Numbered from the stretch's first letter, positions 1 to 11,003 are shown. The stretch: DNA of 64,000 nt from an uncultured delta proteobacterium (GCA_963848295.1 CAWKDB010000010.1:2176001-2240000); one strand, 5' to 3'. The notes: a model not told the origin generated them from the sequence alone. Translations and numbers: made by a program.

Positions 1-2
1 TC

Positions 3-113
3 GAGAACAACGAGATCAAAGACCGCGTGCTCGTCACGAAGACGATGCCACCGGCCGGCACCGTGCTGTCCGATGCCGACCGGCGGATAATCGAGGCTTG
101 GCTAACGAACTAG
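3..113 (+). CDS. 3' end of a gene truncated by the window edge, possibly a cytochrome c-like domain protein
   Basis: Frame 3 reads ENNEIKDRVLVTKTMPPAGTVLSDADRRIIEAWLTN*; MPP...LS..DR..I..W is typical of class I cytochrome c C-termini; no CxxCH visible in the window. Confidence 0.45.
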   Translation, partial: ENNEIKDRVLVTKTMPPAGTVLSDADRRIIEAWLTN

Positions 114-126
114 ATAACGAGAACGA

Positions 127-819
127 TCAGCTCGGGCAGGATTCGATCTGGCAGGTACCGGTGTCGCACGCCCAGTGCGCGCACTGTTCGCTGCCGTCGC
201 TGCACACCCGGCAGAAGTCGGGCACCGCGCCCGAGCAGTCCGAGGCTTCGCTGCAGCTGTTGCTCGGCGCGGCCGGCAGGCAGCACTCGACGCCGTCGCC
301 GCCGCCGCACGAGTATCGCGTCGCGTCGCCGATCGAGCCTTCATTGCAGCTGCCCGGCGACAGCGCCACGCAGCTACCGCCAGCCGACTCGCAGGTGGCG
401 CCCGCATCGAACGTCACGAACGTCGTGGTGTCCGGCGCCTCGAGCTCGAGGTTGTGGGCGCTCGTGAACTTCCAGGTGTAGCGGTCGAGTGCGTTGCCGC
501 TCTCGTCATAGAATCGGATGTACTTCTTCGTCGTCGTGGTCGAGTGCGTGAACAGGTACGTGCCCTCGCTGACCGCCGGCGCGCACGTGCCGCCGCCCGG
601 GCACAGCACGAGCTGGCTGCGCGAGAACGTCATGTCGGAGTTGAGCGTGACGGTCGCGAGCGTACCGAGCGTCGGTGACGGGTTCGTGTACGTGCCCGAC
701 GGCTTGCTCGCTCCGTCGTCTTTGCCGAGCGACGGGTCTTGTTGATCCGTGTCGTCGGTGCTGGAGGTGGTGCCGCAGGCGGCCAAGGCGATGAAGGCGA
801 TACAGAAAAGCGTGCGCAT
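127..819 (-). CDS. Cys-rich lipoprotein, hypothetical
   Basis: Start moved to ATG 819 (MRTLFCIAFIALAAC, lipobox); GKDD motif; Cys-rich C-terminus. Confidence 0.75.
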   Translation of the reverse strand: MRTLFCIAFIALAACGTTSSTDDTDQQDPSLGKDDGASKPSGTYTNPSPTLGTLATVTLNSDMTFSRSQLVLCPGGGTCAPAVSEGTYLFTHSTTTTKKYIRFYDESGNALDRYTWKFTSAHNLELEAPDTTTFVTFDAGATCESAGGSCVALSPGSCNEGSIGDATRYSCGGGDGVECCLPAAPSNSCSEASDCSGAVPDFCRVCSDGSEQCAHWACDTGTCQIESCPS

Positions 820-1011
820 GTTGATGCTCGCGCCCTGTGCACTCGCTATGCCCGCTGTAACCGCGCGTTGCGCATCGCGTCGCGATCGGCGACTCGAGTA
901 GCCGACGACGACTCCAGTTGCCAGTCGTGAACGCGGCAACCCGATCGGCCAGCGGCGCGACGAGAGTTCGCTCGTTTGCGATCGGACCGATTCCTGCTTA
1001 GCCCGGTCGCG

Positions 1012-2187
<1,176 letters not shown>

Positions 2188-2198
2188 TTCGCTGAGCG

Positions 2199-3551
2199 GT
2201 GGTGGACGGCGCGTCGACGCATCTTCTCTGCCCCAGCTGCGATCACGAGCCGCCGAGCTCGAGCGCGGCCGGCGATGTATGTCCGGCGTGCGGCGCCAAG
2301 CTCGTGGTCGTCAAACGCGAAGACGATCTGATCGGCACGGTCGTCGACCGCCGGTTCGAGGTGCGCGGCGTGCTCGGCTCGGGCGGGATGGGCACGGTCT
2401 ACCTCGCGTGGCAGCAGTCGATCGGCCGCGAGATCGCGCTCAAGGTGCTCGATCGCTCGTTCTCTCACGATGTCGGGATGACGAAGCGGTTCCTGCGCGA
2501 GGCGCGGCTCGCGAGCAGCTTGTCGCATCCCAATACGGTGAGCATCATCGACTTCGGCCAGGCCGAGGACGGCCGGTTGTTCATCGCGATGGAGCGGCTG
2601 CGCGGCGTGACGCTCGCGCGCGTGCTGCTCGACGACGGCGCGCTGACGTTCGAGCGCGTCGCACGGATCGGCGTTCAGCTGTTCGACACGCTCGCGACGG
2701 CGCACAAGCAGCAGATCATCCATCGCGATCTCAAGCTCGAGAACATCATGCGGATCGACGACGCGCGCGGCGATCACATCAAGGTGCTGGACTTCGGGCT
2801 CGCGAAGTCGCTGATCGAGCGCGACCCGACCGACACCCAGGCCGGCACGATCATGGGCACGCCGCAGTACATCGCCCCCGAGGCGATGACCGGCGTGCCA
2901 CCGAGCGCGACGAACGATCTCTACGCGGCGGGCGTCGTGCTCGGCGAGCTGATCACCGGACGCGAGCTGTGGGAGCCGGCCGAGATCCACCAGCTGCTCG
3001 ACCGCAAGCTGACCGTGAAGCCCGAGCTCAGCGCCGCGCCGAGCGCGCTGCGCGATCTGATCATGCGGCTCGTCGATCCCGATCCGACGAAGCGTCCGAG
3101 CACCGCGGCGGGGGTCTCCGACGAGCTCCAGCGCATGCTCGAGGCGGCGCGGACGCCGGGCGCGATCCAGATCTCGTTCCGCGGCCAACCGACGACGATC
3201 TCGCCGTCGATCGCGAGCGTCGAGGAGCGTCCCGACTCGGCGCCCGCGGTGCTGACGATGGCGGACGTGACGGATCTCGACGAGCGCGAAGGCGCGCGGC
3301 CCAAGCGCGGCACGAAGCCGCCGCTGCCCCCCGAGCAGGCGATGTTGTTTCGCAAGGACGCCGACCTGCCCGAGCTCGAGCTCGAGAAGGAATGGCAGGA
3401 CCGCCGCCGGCCGAGCGCCGCGCCGCCGAACCGACCGCTCGCCGGCTCGCAGCGTCCTGCGCCCGCTCGCCGGTCGAGGCTGCCGTTGATCGCGATCATC
3501 ATCGTGTTGCTCGCAGGCGCAGCGATCGCGGCGTACATCTTGCGGCGTTAA
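2199..3551 (+). CDS. Ser/Thr protein kinase with N-terminal Zn ribbon and C-terminal TM helix
   Basis: CPSC...CPACG; LGSGGMGTVY, IALK, HRDLKLEN, DFG, GTPQYIAPE; hydrophobic C-terminus. Confidence 0.93.
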   Translation: MVDGASTHLLCPSCDHEPPSSSAAGDVCPACGAKLVVVKREDDLIGTVVDRRFEVRGVLGSGGMGTVYLAWQQSIGREIALKVLDRSFSHDVGMTKRFLREARLASSLSHPNTVSIIDFGQAEDGRLFIAMERLRGVTLARVLLDDGALTFERVARIGVQLFDTLATAHKQQIIHRDLKLENIMRIDDARGDHIKVLDFGLAKSLIERDPTDTQAGTIMGTPQYIAPEAMTGVPPSATNDLYAAGVVLGELITGRELWEPAEIHQLLDRKLTVKPELSAAPSALRDLIMRLVDPDPTKRPSTAAGVSDELQRMLEAARTPGAIQISFRGQPTTISPSIASVEERPDSAPAVLTMADVTDLDEREGARPKRGTKPPLPPEQAMLFRKDADLPELELEKEWQDRRRPSAAPPNRPLAGSQRPAPARRSRLPLIAIIIVLLAGAAIAAYILRR

Positions 3552-3589
3552 TGATGTCCTAACCCGCAAGAGACGCGAGTTGCGATGAC

Positions 3590-5176
3590 ATGATCTCGGT
3601 GCGGCGGGTCGCGATGGCCGGGGTCCTGGCGGCGTGCTCGACGTTGCCGTATCCACCGAAGCCGATCGCGGGCGCCGATACGCCACCGATCGTCGAGCCG
3701 CTCGCGCCCGCGATCGCGCTGGGCGCCGATAGCCTTCAAGTCGCCGACTACGGCGTCGCGCCGACGCTCCGCGCGAGCGACGCGACGAGCGATCGCATCG
3801 CCGAGCTTCTCGTCGCGCGCGTACGCGGCCGCGCGACGTTGACTCGCGACCCGCGGCTCGATCTCGCCGCGGCCGAGCTCGCCGAGGTCGTGGATCGTGG
3901 CGGTTCGCTCGGCGACGAGGCGGTGGCCTTCGCGTTGCGCGAGCACGGCGTGCTGGAATCCGCGGTGCGAGTCGCGAGCTCGCGCGCGACGACCCCGGAC
4001 GCGCGCGCCCGCGAGCTCGACCCTCAGCTCGCCGAGGTCATCGTCCGCCCGGACATGCAGTTCGGGGTCGGCGGTCACGCGTCGCGCGTCGTGGTCGTGA
4101 CGAATCCGATCACCGTGCGGCTCACGCAGCCGTTGCCGCGCTCGCTGCCGTCGGCCGGTGTCGCGCAGCTCGATGCCGTGCTCGACAGCCGCTTGCACGC
4201 GCCGCACGTCGCGTTCACGCACGAGGACACCACCGTCGATCATCCGCACATGTTCGCCGCCGGCGATCATCGCTTTCACGCCGAGCTCGCGTGCGGCGCG
4301 CACCGCGGCACGCAGTGGCTCGCGATCGATGCGTGCGATGCGTCGAATGTCCAGCACCTGGTCGCGGTGATCCCGATCGAGTGCGCCGAGCCGCCACCGG
4401 ACACCTTGCTGATCGAGCCGGACGCCAACCTCGTCACCTCGGATCCGGCGCGCCGGCTCACGTCGATCATCAACCGCGAGCGCAGGAAGTACGGCTTTCA
4501 CGCGTTGCGCGGCGATATCCGGCTCGACCGGGTGGCCCGTGCGCATGCCGACGCGATCGCGAAGGCGCGCGAGGTCTCGCACGACCGGGGCGGCTCGCCA
4601 GAGCGCCGACTCTACGACGCCGGCTTGTTTCCGCCGGTCAGCGTCGAGACCGCGCTCGCGAACGCGAACCTCGGTCGGGTCGCCGCGCAGCTGATGAACG
4701 AGCCCGGCTACCGCTCGGCGGTCGCGCGCGAAGACCTGACCCACGTCGGCGTGGCGCTCGCGACCGGAGCGGATCACCAGCTCTATGCGGTAGTCGAGCT
4801 CGCCGGGATCCCGCCGCGAGTACCGGAAGACAGAGTGAAGGCACTCGTAGCAGACCTCTTGGGTTACGGACGACCGATCGGAGGACCGGAAGGCGACCTA
4901 CCGGCGATTGCGCGCCGAGCAGTCGAGGCCCGAGCGTCGGGCGCGACGAAGGAGCAGATCGCCGACTACGTGATCACTTCCGCGAAGGCGGATCGGTGCA
5001 CGTCAACCTCGTTCATCTATGTGAACTTCCCAAGCCTGGCTGCGATCACCGCTGATGCACTCGAAGTCAGAGCCTATTTCACTGACCTCGGCATCGGCGT
5101 CTACCAACAGGCTCCGGGCGGAACGATGCCCGGTTGGATCTGGGTCGCCATTGTCTACGGGGCTCACTGCAAATAG
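3590..5176 (+). CDS. CAP/SCP-domain lipoprotein
   Basis: Lipobox LAAC; IINRERRKYGFHALRGDIRLDRVARAHA...LMNEPGYRSAV...THVGVA matches the CAP (SCP/PR-1) fold. Confidence 0.75.
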   Translation: MISVRRVAMAGVLAACSTLPYPPKPIAGADTPPIVEPLAPAIALGADSLQVADYGVAPTLRASDATSDRIAELLVARVRGRATLTRDPRLDLAAAELAEVVDRGGSLGDEAVAFALREHGVLESAVRVASSRATTPDARARELDPQLAEVIVRPDMQFGVGGHASRVVVVTNPITVRLTQPLPRSLPSAGVAQLDAVLDSRLHAPHVAFTHEDTTVDHPHMFAAGDHRFHAELACGAHRGTQWLAIDACDASNVQHLVAVIPIECAEPPPDTLLIEPDANLVTSDPARRLTSIINRERRKYGFHALRGDIRLDRVARAHADAIAKAREVSHDRGGSPERRLYDAGLFPPVSVETALANANLGRVAAQLMNEPGYRSAVAREDLTHVGVALATGADHQLYAVVELAGIPPRVPEDRVKALVADLLGYGRPIGGPEGDLPAIARRAVEARASGATKEQIADYVITSAKADRCTSTSFIYVNFPSLAAITADALEVRAYFTDLGIGVYQQAPGGTMPGWIWVAIVYGAHCK

Positions 5177-5270
5177 CTGCGCTCGAGGGCGGCCCGCCCG
5201 GCCTGTGGACGATGACGCTCGTGACGCACAGCCACCAAGAGGCTCGGCACCGCCAAGGTGAGACGGCGCG

Positions 5271-6482
5271 TCACATCGAGAAGGCACCAGGCAGCCGCCG
5301 CTCGCGGGCTCCCGCCTTCTCGCGCAACGCTGCGCGGATCAAGGCTTCCAAGGTCGCCGCCGGCTTCGCGCGCTCGACCATCTGACTCGCGACCGCTCTG
5401 GGATAGCCCAGTTGCGTGAGCGCCTGCTTTGCCTCGACTCTCATCGCTTCGAGCTCGTAGCGATCCCCCACGGGGGGCGCGCCGCGGGTGACCTCGAGCT
5501 TCGACGTGGGGCCGGTGATCCTGAACGCGCCGGCGTGAAGCTCGCGATGGTGCAAGCTGCACATCACGACCAAGTTCTCGGCGTCATGACCGCCGCCGTC
5601 GGCGCGCGCGATGAGGTGATGAACGTCGACGAAGCGCTTCGCGCGACAACCGGGCACGACGCATGTGCCGCCGTCGCGATGGAACACGAAGCGCCGGGTC
5701 TTCGGCGGGATGTCTTGCTTCGCGCGGTGATCGGCGCCGATGCGTTGTGCATCGCAGTTTGCGCGCTCGACATCGACGTGATCGAGTGGCGCGCCGCGCT
5801 CGCACGAGGAGCAGATCGTCGCCCGGATCTGAAACTTCGCGCGCCCGTGATCCGCGGCTTCGCGGCCCGCGAGCACCGCGTTGCATAGCGCCTCGACCAG
5901 CGCGTCGTCTTCGAGTTGACCGCCGTGCTCGTCGGCGAGCTGGCGCTGGACCTGGCGCAACAGCTCGAGCGTCGCCGGTCGCACCTTGAACGACACGACG
6001 CGCGGCGCGAGGCTCGGATCTTCCGGATCGCTCGGCCGGTCGCCTCTCTGGTGCTTGGCGACCAGCTCTTCGACCTGGCGCAGGTTCTTGCCGCGCACCG
6101 CGTCGATCCACTCGGGCTCGGTCTCTCGCGTAGCCACGCGCGTCAGCTCACGCACCGCCGAGTAGCTCAGCTCGCCGCTCGCGAGCGCGGTCGCGAGCTC
6201 GGGCATCTCCTCGAGCGCGGTCGCGATGCGAATCCGTTCGCGCGCGATCTTCGGGCCGTAGCCGAGCACCTGTTCGAGATATTCGAACAGCGACGCGTTG
6301 CCGACTCGCCGCCAGACTTCGTGGCGCGCCGCATCGCACAGCAGCATCGCTTCATCGCTATCGAGCGCACCGCGCCGCTTCGCGATCGCGCGCAGCTGGC
6401 GATCGATCAGCTTCCAGCGCGGCGTCGCGGCTGCAGTTCCCGTCGTCTCGCCCACGTCGTTCGTCTTCGACCCATCAAACAT
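5271..6482 (-). CDS. DUF222-like/HNH endonuclease with RuvA C-terminal-like domain
   Basis: RDGGTCVVPGC...DVHHLIARADGGGHDAENLVVMCSLHHRELH HNH motif; N-terminal LASGELSYSAVRELTRVAT (DUF222-like); C-terminal EAKQALTQLGY...LEALIRAALR; GGAGG RBS upstream of ATG. Confidence 0.85.
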   Translation of the reverse strand: MFDGSKTNDVGETTGTAAATPRWKLIDRQLRAIAKRRGALDSDEAMLLCDAARHEVWRRVGNASLFEYLEQVLGYGPKIARERIRIATALEEMPELATALASGELSYSAVRELTRVATRETEPEWIDAVRGKNLRQVEELVAKHQRGDRPSDPEDPSLAPRVVSFKVRPATLELLRQVQRQLADEHGGQLEDDALVEALCNAVLAGREAADHGRAKFQIRATICSSCERGAPLDHVDVERANCDAQRIGADHRAKQDIPPKTRRFVFHRDGGTCVVPGCRAKRFVDVHHLIARADGGGHDAENLVVMCSLHHRELHAGAFRITGPTSKLEVTRGAPPVGDRYELEAMRVEAKQALTQLGYPRAVASQMVERAKPAATLEALIRAALREKAGARERRLPGAFSM

Positions 6483-6748
6483 GAGATCCTCCCTTCGGGT
6501 TCGACGACCGTTCTAGCACTGGGTTTTTCGGCGCAGCCTCGTGCGTTCTCATCGACGATTCGCGAGATTTCGAACCGCGGGCGGCGCACCGCGACGAACG
6601 CTTGCAGAACGAAAGCGATCGCGTCTCGCGGTGAATCAGTGCGCGCTTCCGATCACGCGCGCGCTGCGCAGAATTTGGTCGTCAAGCGACTTGTTCCAAC
6701 AATCGACATCCACCCGACACACAGCGCGACAACGCTCGCGACTTCGCC

Positions 6749-6912
6749 CCACGTGGGCCGCAGATCCGATCCGCTCTGCTTCTGCCCGATGCCATCTGCA
6801 TCGGTCTTCGGCGGCCACTCATCGCGGCAAGGCGAGCAGCATCTTGTGAGCGGCGATCGTCGCGATGCCTCCGCCGCGCCACGTGGGCCGCCCGGGTAAA
6901 TCCGATCTGCTT
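6749..6912. repeat. Degenerate direct repeat with palindromic CCACGTGG core upstream of the HNH gene
   Basis: CCACGTGGGCCGC at 6749-6761 and 6879-6891 (130-nt period), each followed by ATCCGATC...TGCTTC. Confidence 0.65.
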
Positions 6913-6922
6913 CCCGCCGCCG

Positions 6923-8017
6923 CTACTCCGCGACGAAGTTCTTCCACCGCGTCAGGTACTGCGCGAACTGCGGCGAGACGGCGCGATCGAGGAGCTCGGC
7001 GCGCGTGATCGGCGGGCGCTTCGGCTCCCAGCCGGGTTGCACGGCGAGCTTGGGCCAATCGGGGTTGAGGATCGCGGCGCGGCCGAGCGCCACGAGATCG
7101 GCGCCGCGCTCGAGCACGCTGCGCGCTTCGTCGGCGGTCCAGATCGAGCCGGCGGCGATCACCGCGACCTCGCGCGGGACGGCTTCGCGCACCGCGGCGA
7201 TCGGATGGACGTCGGGCCGCTTCTTCGTGTTCGGCGCGAAGTTCCACAGCGAGGCGTGGATCCAATCGGCGCCGTCGGCGGCGAGGCCGCGCGCGATCGC
7301 GAGGCTCTCGTCGAGATCGAGGCCGCGCGCCTGGCCCCAATCTTCGAATGACAGCCGGACGCCGACCGCGAAGCCGCGATCGACGCGCGCCCGCACCGCG
7401 CGCATGACCTCGCGGACCAACCGCGCGCGGCCGGTGGCGTCGCCGCCCCAGCCGTCGCTGCGCGGGTTCATCGTCGCCGACATGAACTGGCCAAGCAGGT
7501 AGCCGTGCGCGCCGTGGAGCTCGACGCCGTCGAACCCGGCGCGCTCGCACCGCGCGGCGGCCGCGGCGAACTGATCGATGACGCGCGTGATGTCCTCGAT
7601 CGTCGCCGCACGCGGCGGCTCGAACGCCGGCGCGTCTTCGTGCCACGTGCTCGCGCTCCACACCGGCGAGCCTGACAGCGCCGACGACGCTCGTACGCCG
7701 CCGTGGAAGATCTGCGCGATCGCCGCCGCGCCGCCGCGCTTGAGCCGCGCCGCGAGCCGGGTCAGCCCGGGGAGCTCGTCATCGCGATCGACGCCGAGCT
7801 CGCCCGCCCATGCTTTGCCGTCGAGCGACACGTTCGCGGCGCAGGTCTCGATCAAGCCGAACCCGCCGTCGGCGCGCCGCGCGAGCCAATCGAGCTCGTC
7901 GTCGCCGAGCGAACCGTCGGCGAGCGACTGACCGTTCGTCATCGGCGCGAGCGCGATCCGGTTCGGCACGACGAGGCCGCAGCGCAACGTGATCGGCTCG
8001 TACAACGGCTCGGGCAT
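6923..8017 (-). CDS. NADH:flavin oxidoreductase (Old Yellow Enzyme family)
   Basis: NRIALAPMT, AQIFHGG, GFDGVELHGAHGYLLGQF, GADLVALGR. Confidence 0.92.
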   Translation of the reverse strand: MPEPLYEPITLRCGLVVPNRIALAPMTNGQSLADGSLGDDELDWLARRADGGFGLIETCAANVSLDGKAWAGELGVDRDDELPGLTRLAARLKRGGAAAIAQIFHGGVRASSALSGSPVWSASTWHEDAPAFEPPRAATIEDITRVIDQFAAAAARCERAGFDGVELHGAHGYLLGQFMSATMNPRSDGWGGDATGRARLVREVMRAVRARVDRGFAVGVRLSFEDWGQARGLDLDESLAIARGLAADGADWIHASLWNFAPNTKKRPDVHPIAAVREAVPREVAVIAAGSIWTADEARSVLERGADLVALGRAAILNPDWPKLAVQPGWEPKRPPITRAELLDRAVSPQFAQYLTRWKNFVAE

Positions 8018-8026
8018 CGCGGCAGG

Positions 8027-8875
8027 CTACGCCACGGTCGTCGCTTTGGCCACCGACGTCACGCGGGTCTCGAGCTGCGCGATCCGCTGGACGATCTCGC
8101 TCTGGCCGCGCAGCAGCTTGTCGATCGCGGTCTCGTTCTTGAGGTTCACTTGATAGGTGTTCATCGCGAGCGCCTTGTCCTTCGCCGCTTGCCGGTTCTG
8201 ACTCATCATGATGATCGGCGCTTGCAGGGCCGCGACCGTCGACAAGAACAGGTTCAGGAACATGAACGGCAGCACGTCGAACGCGACTGGCTTCTCGAAG
8301 ATCGTGTTCCACAGCATCCACACCAGCATGAAGCCGGTGAACCAGAAGATGAACGGCCAGCTGCCGCCGAACGACGCGACGATGTCGGCGACGCGATCGC
8401 CGAATGACAGCTTGCCTTCCTCTTCTTCGAGCACGTTGCGCGACACCGTGCGCGTCATCAGCTCGTTCGTCGCGCGCATGCGCTCGCCGACCTCGTGCAT
8501 GATCGTCAGCGCGGCCTCGGGGTGCTCCTTGACGAACGTGATGAAGTCATCGCGGTCGAGCGCGAGCAGCGAGCTATCTCGACTCGCCACTGCGGTCGCG
8601 GAGCGCGGCGCACCGTCGAGCAGCGACAGCTCGCCGAAGTACTGCTGCTTGAACAGCGAGGTCAGCGTGACCTTCTGCTGCTTGTCGTTGCTGACGATGA
8701 TATCGACCGCGCCGTCGACGATGATGTACATCGCGTCGCCGTCGTCGCCCTGCGCGAACACGTCTTGGCCGGCGGTGAGCGTGGACTCGCGCAGCTTGCC
8801 GGCCAGCGCGGCGAGGTAGTCCTGGTCGAGGGACTCGAACAACGGGATGCCTTGTAGCAGCTCGATACGATCCAT
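8027..8875 (-). CDS. Cyclic-nucleotide-binding domain + DUF1003 membrane protein
   Basis: FGELSLLDGAPRSATA (cNMP cassette); DRVADIVASFGGSWPFI...FLNLFLSTVAALQAPIIMMSQNRQAAKD (DUF1003). Confidence 0.9.
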   Translation of the reverse strand: MDRIELLQGIPLFESLDQDYLAALAGKLRESTLTAGQDVFAQGDDGDAMYIIVDGAVDIIVSNDKQQKVTLTSLFKQQYFGELSLLDGAPRSATAVASRDSSLLALDRDDFITFVKEHPEAALTIMHEVGERMRATNELMTRTVSRNVLEEEEGKLSFGDRVADIVASFGGSWPFIFWFTGFMLVWMLWNTIFEKPVAFDVLPFMFLNLFLSTVAALQAPIIMMSQNRQAAKDKALAMNTYQVNLKNETAIDKLLRGQSEIVQRIAQLETRVTSVAKATTVA

Positions 8876-8911
8876 AGCGGGCTCGACGCTATCACGCTAT
8901 CGTCCGCGGCC

Positions 8912-11003
8912 ATGTCCACGCGATCGCTCGCCCTCGTCGTCGCCGCCGCTTGTTCGAGTGGAACGAAGCCGACGACTACGCCGTCTCCAATGCCGCCGCC
9001 GGCGCCGAAGCCGCGCGAGTCCAAGATGGACTGGGCAACGAAGCCGATGACGCTCGCCGAGTCCGGCATCGTCCCCGCATGGCTCGATCGCGCCGCGGAC
9101 CCGTGCAGCGATTTCTTCGCCTACGCATGCGGCGGCTTCACGAAGACCGCGACGATCCCCGATGACCGCGCGGCGTGGGGTGCGATCGAGATGGTCCAGC
9201 GCGACGTCGAAGAGTTTCTCGAGAAGGTGCTCGAGGACGCGGCGGCGAAGCCGAGCGGCGACCCGGGCGTCGACAAGCTCGGCGCGTTCTACGCGGCGTG
9301 CATGGACGAGGGCGCCGTGGAGACGGCCGGCACGAAGCCGATCCAACCGTATCTCGATCAGATCGCCGCGGTGACCGACGCGAAGTCGGCGGCGAAAGAA
9401 GTGATCGCGCTACACGTCGCGGGCTTCGATCCGTTCTTCTCGGTGTCGAGTGGACAGGACCTCGCCGATGCGACGCAAGTGATCACGAACCTCGACCAGA
9501 GCGGGCTCGGGCTGCCGGATCGCAAGTATTACCTCGAGACCAAGGGCTCGATCCCGAAGACGCGCGACGCGTATCGCGAGCACATGGTGCGGATGTTCCA
9601 GCTGCTGGGCAGCAAGGCGGCGAACAAGCAGGCGGCGAACGCGTTCCGGATCGAGGCCGCGCTCGCGAAGCTGCAACAGGACGAGGTCGTGCGCCGCGAT
9701 CCGCACGCGGTCTATCACCGGGTCGAGCGCGCCGGCCTGCTCGCAGTCCGCGCCGAGCTTCCCGTGGGCCGACCTGCTGACCGCCCTCGAGCTGCCGTCG
9801 GTGACCGCGATCAACGTCAACGATCCGGCGTACTACCCTGCCGTCGCGAAGATGGTCGCGAGGGAGTCGCCTGCAGCGTTGCGCGACTACCTGACGTGGA
9901 CGGTGCTGCGCGGTAGCGCCGACCTCCTCGGCAAGGCCTGGGTCGATGAAGCGTTCGCGATGCAGCACGTGCTGACCGGCGTCAAGGCGCTACCGCCGCG
10001 CTGGCGGCGTTGCGTTCACCGCACCGATCGCGATCTCGGCGAGCTCCTCGGCCAGTCGTATGTCAAAGCGAAGTTCGGCGGCGACTCGAAGGCACGCGCC
10101 ACCGAGCTGACCAAGGAGATCCTCGGCGCGATGCGCAGCGAGCTCGATCAGCTGCCGTGGATGGATGGACCGACGCGCAAGGCCGCAGTCGAGAAGCTCG
10201 ACAAGATGGAGTACCTCGTCGGCTATCCGGACAAGTGGCGCGACTATACGTTCGCGATCGATCGAGCGACCTACGCCGCGAACGTGTTCGCGGCTCGGCA
10301 CTGGGAGCTCCATCGCGAGCTCGCAAAGATCGGCAAGCCGGTCGATCGCCACGACTGGGAGATGACGCCGCCGACGGTGAATGCGTACTACGACCCGTCG
10401 CTGAACCAGCTCGTGCTACCCGCCGGCCAGCTCCAGCCGCCGTTCTTCGGGCGCGCGTTCCACCCGGCGGTCAACTTCGGCGACACCGGCGGCGGCACGA
10501 TCGGTCACGAGATGACGCACGGCTTCGACGACGAGGGCGCCGAGTACGACAGCAACGGCAACATGCGCGACTGGTGGAGCAAGGCGACCAAGGCGCAGTT
10601 CACGGCTGCGACCAAGTGCATCATCGATCAGTACGCGAACTACGAGGCCGTGCCCGGCGTTCACCTCGACGGCAAGCTCACCGCGGGTGAGAACATCGCC
10701 GACAACGGCGGCGTGAAGCTCGCGTACGAAGCCTACAAGGCCTATCGCTCGCGCCTACAGCCTCCGCCGCCCCACGAGGTCGAGGGCTTCACCGACGATC
10801 AGCTGTACTACCTCGCGTACGGGCAGTCGTGGTGCGACAAGGCGACCCCCGAATCGCTAGAGACCTCGGCGCACATCAACCCGCATTCGCCGCCGAAGTG
10901 GCGCGTCGATGGCGTGATCGTCAATCAGCCCGGGTTCGCGAGCGCGTTCAAGTGCGCGGCCGGCACGCCGATGAACCCGGGGACGAGCTGCAGCGTCTGG
11001 TAG
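8912..11003 (+). CDS. M13-family (neprilysin/PepO-like) metallopeptidase lipoprotein, split by a +1 frameshift near 9749
   Basis: Lipobox AAAC; DPCSDFFAYACG; VNAYY, GHEMTHGFD, GENIADNGG, HSP; removing one C at 9748-9749 joins ORFs 8912-9916 and 9801-11003. Confidence 0.88.

Noticed and set aside
6519..6536. SOS box upstream of the HNH gene (CTG...CAG)
   Set aside because: Spacer is 12 nt rather than the 10 nt of CTG-N10-CAG LexA boxes
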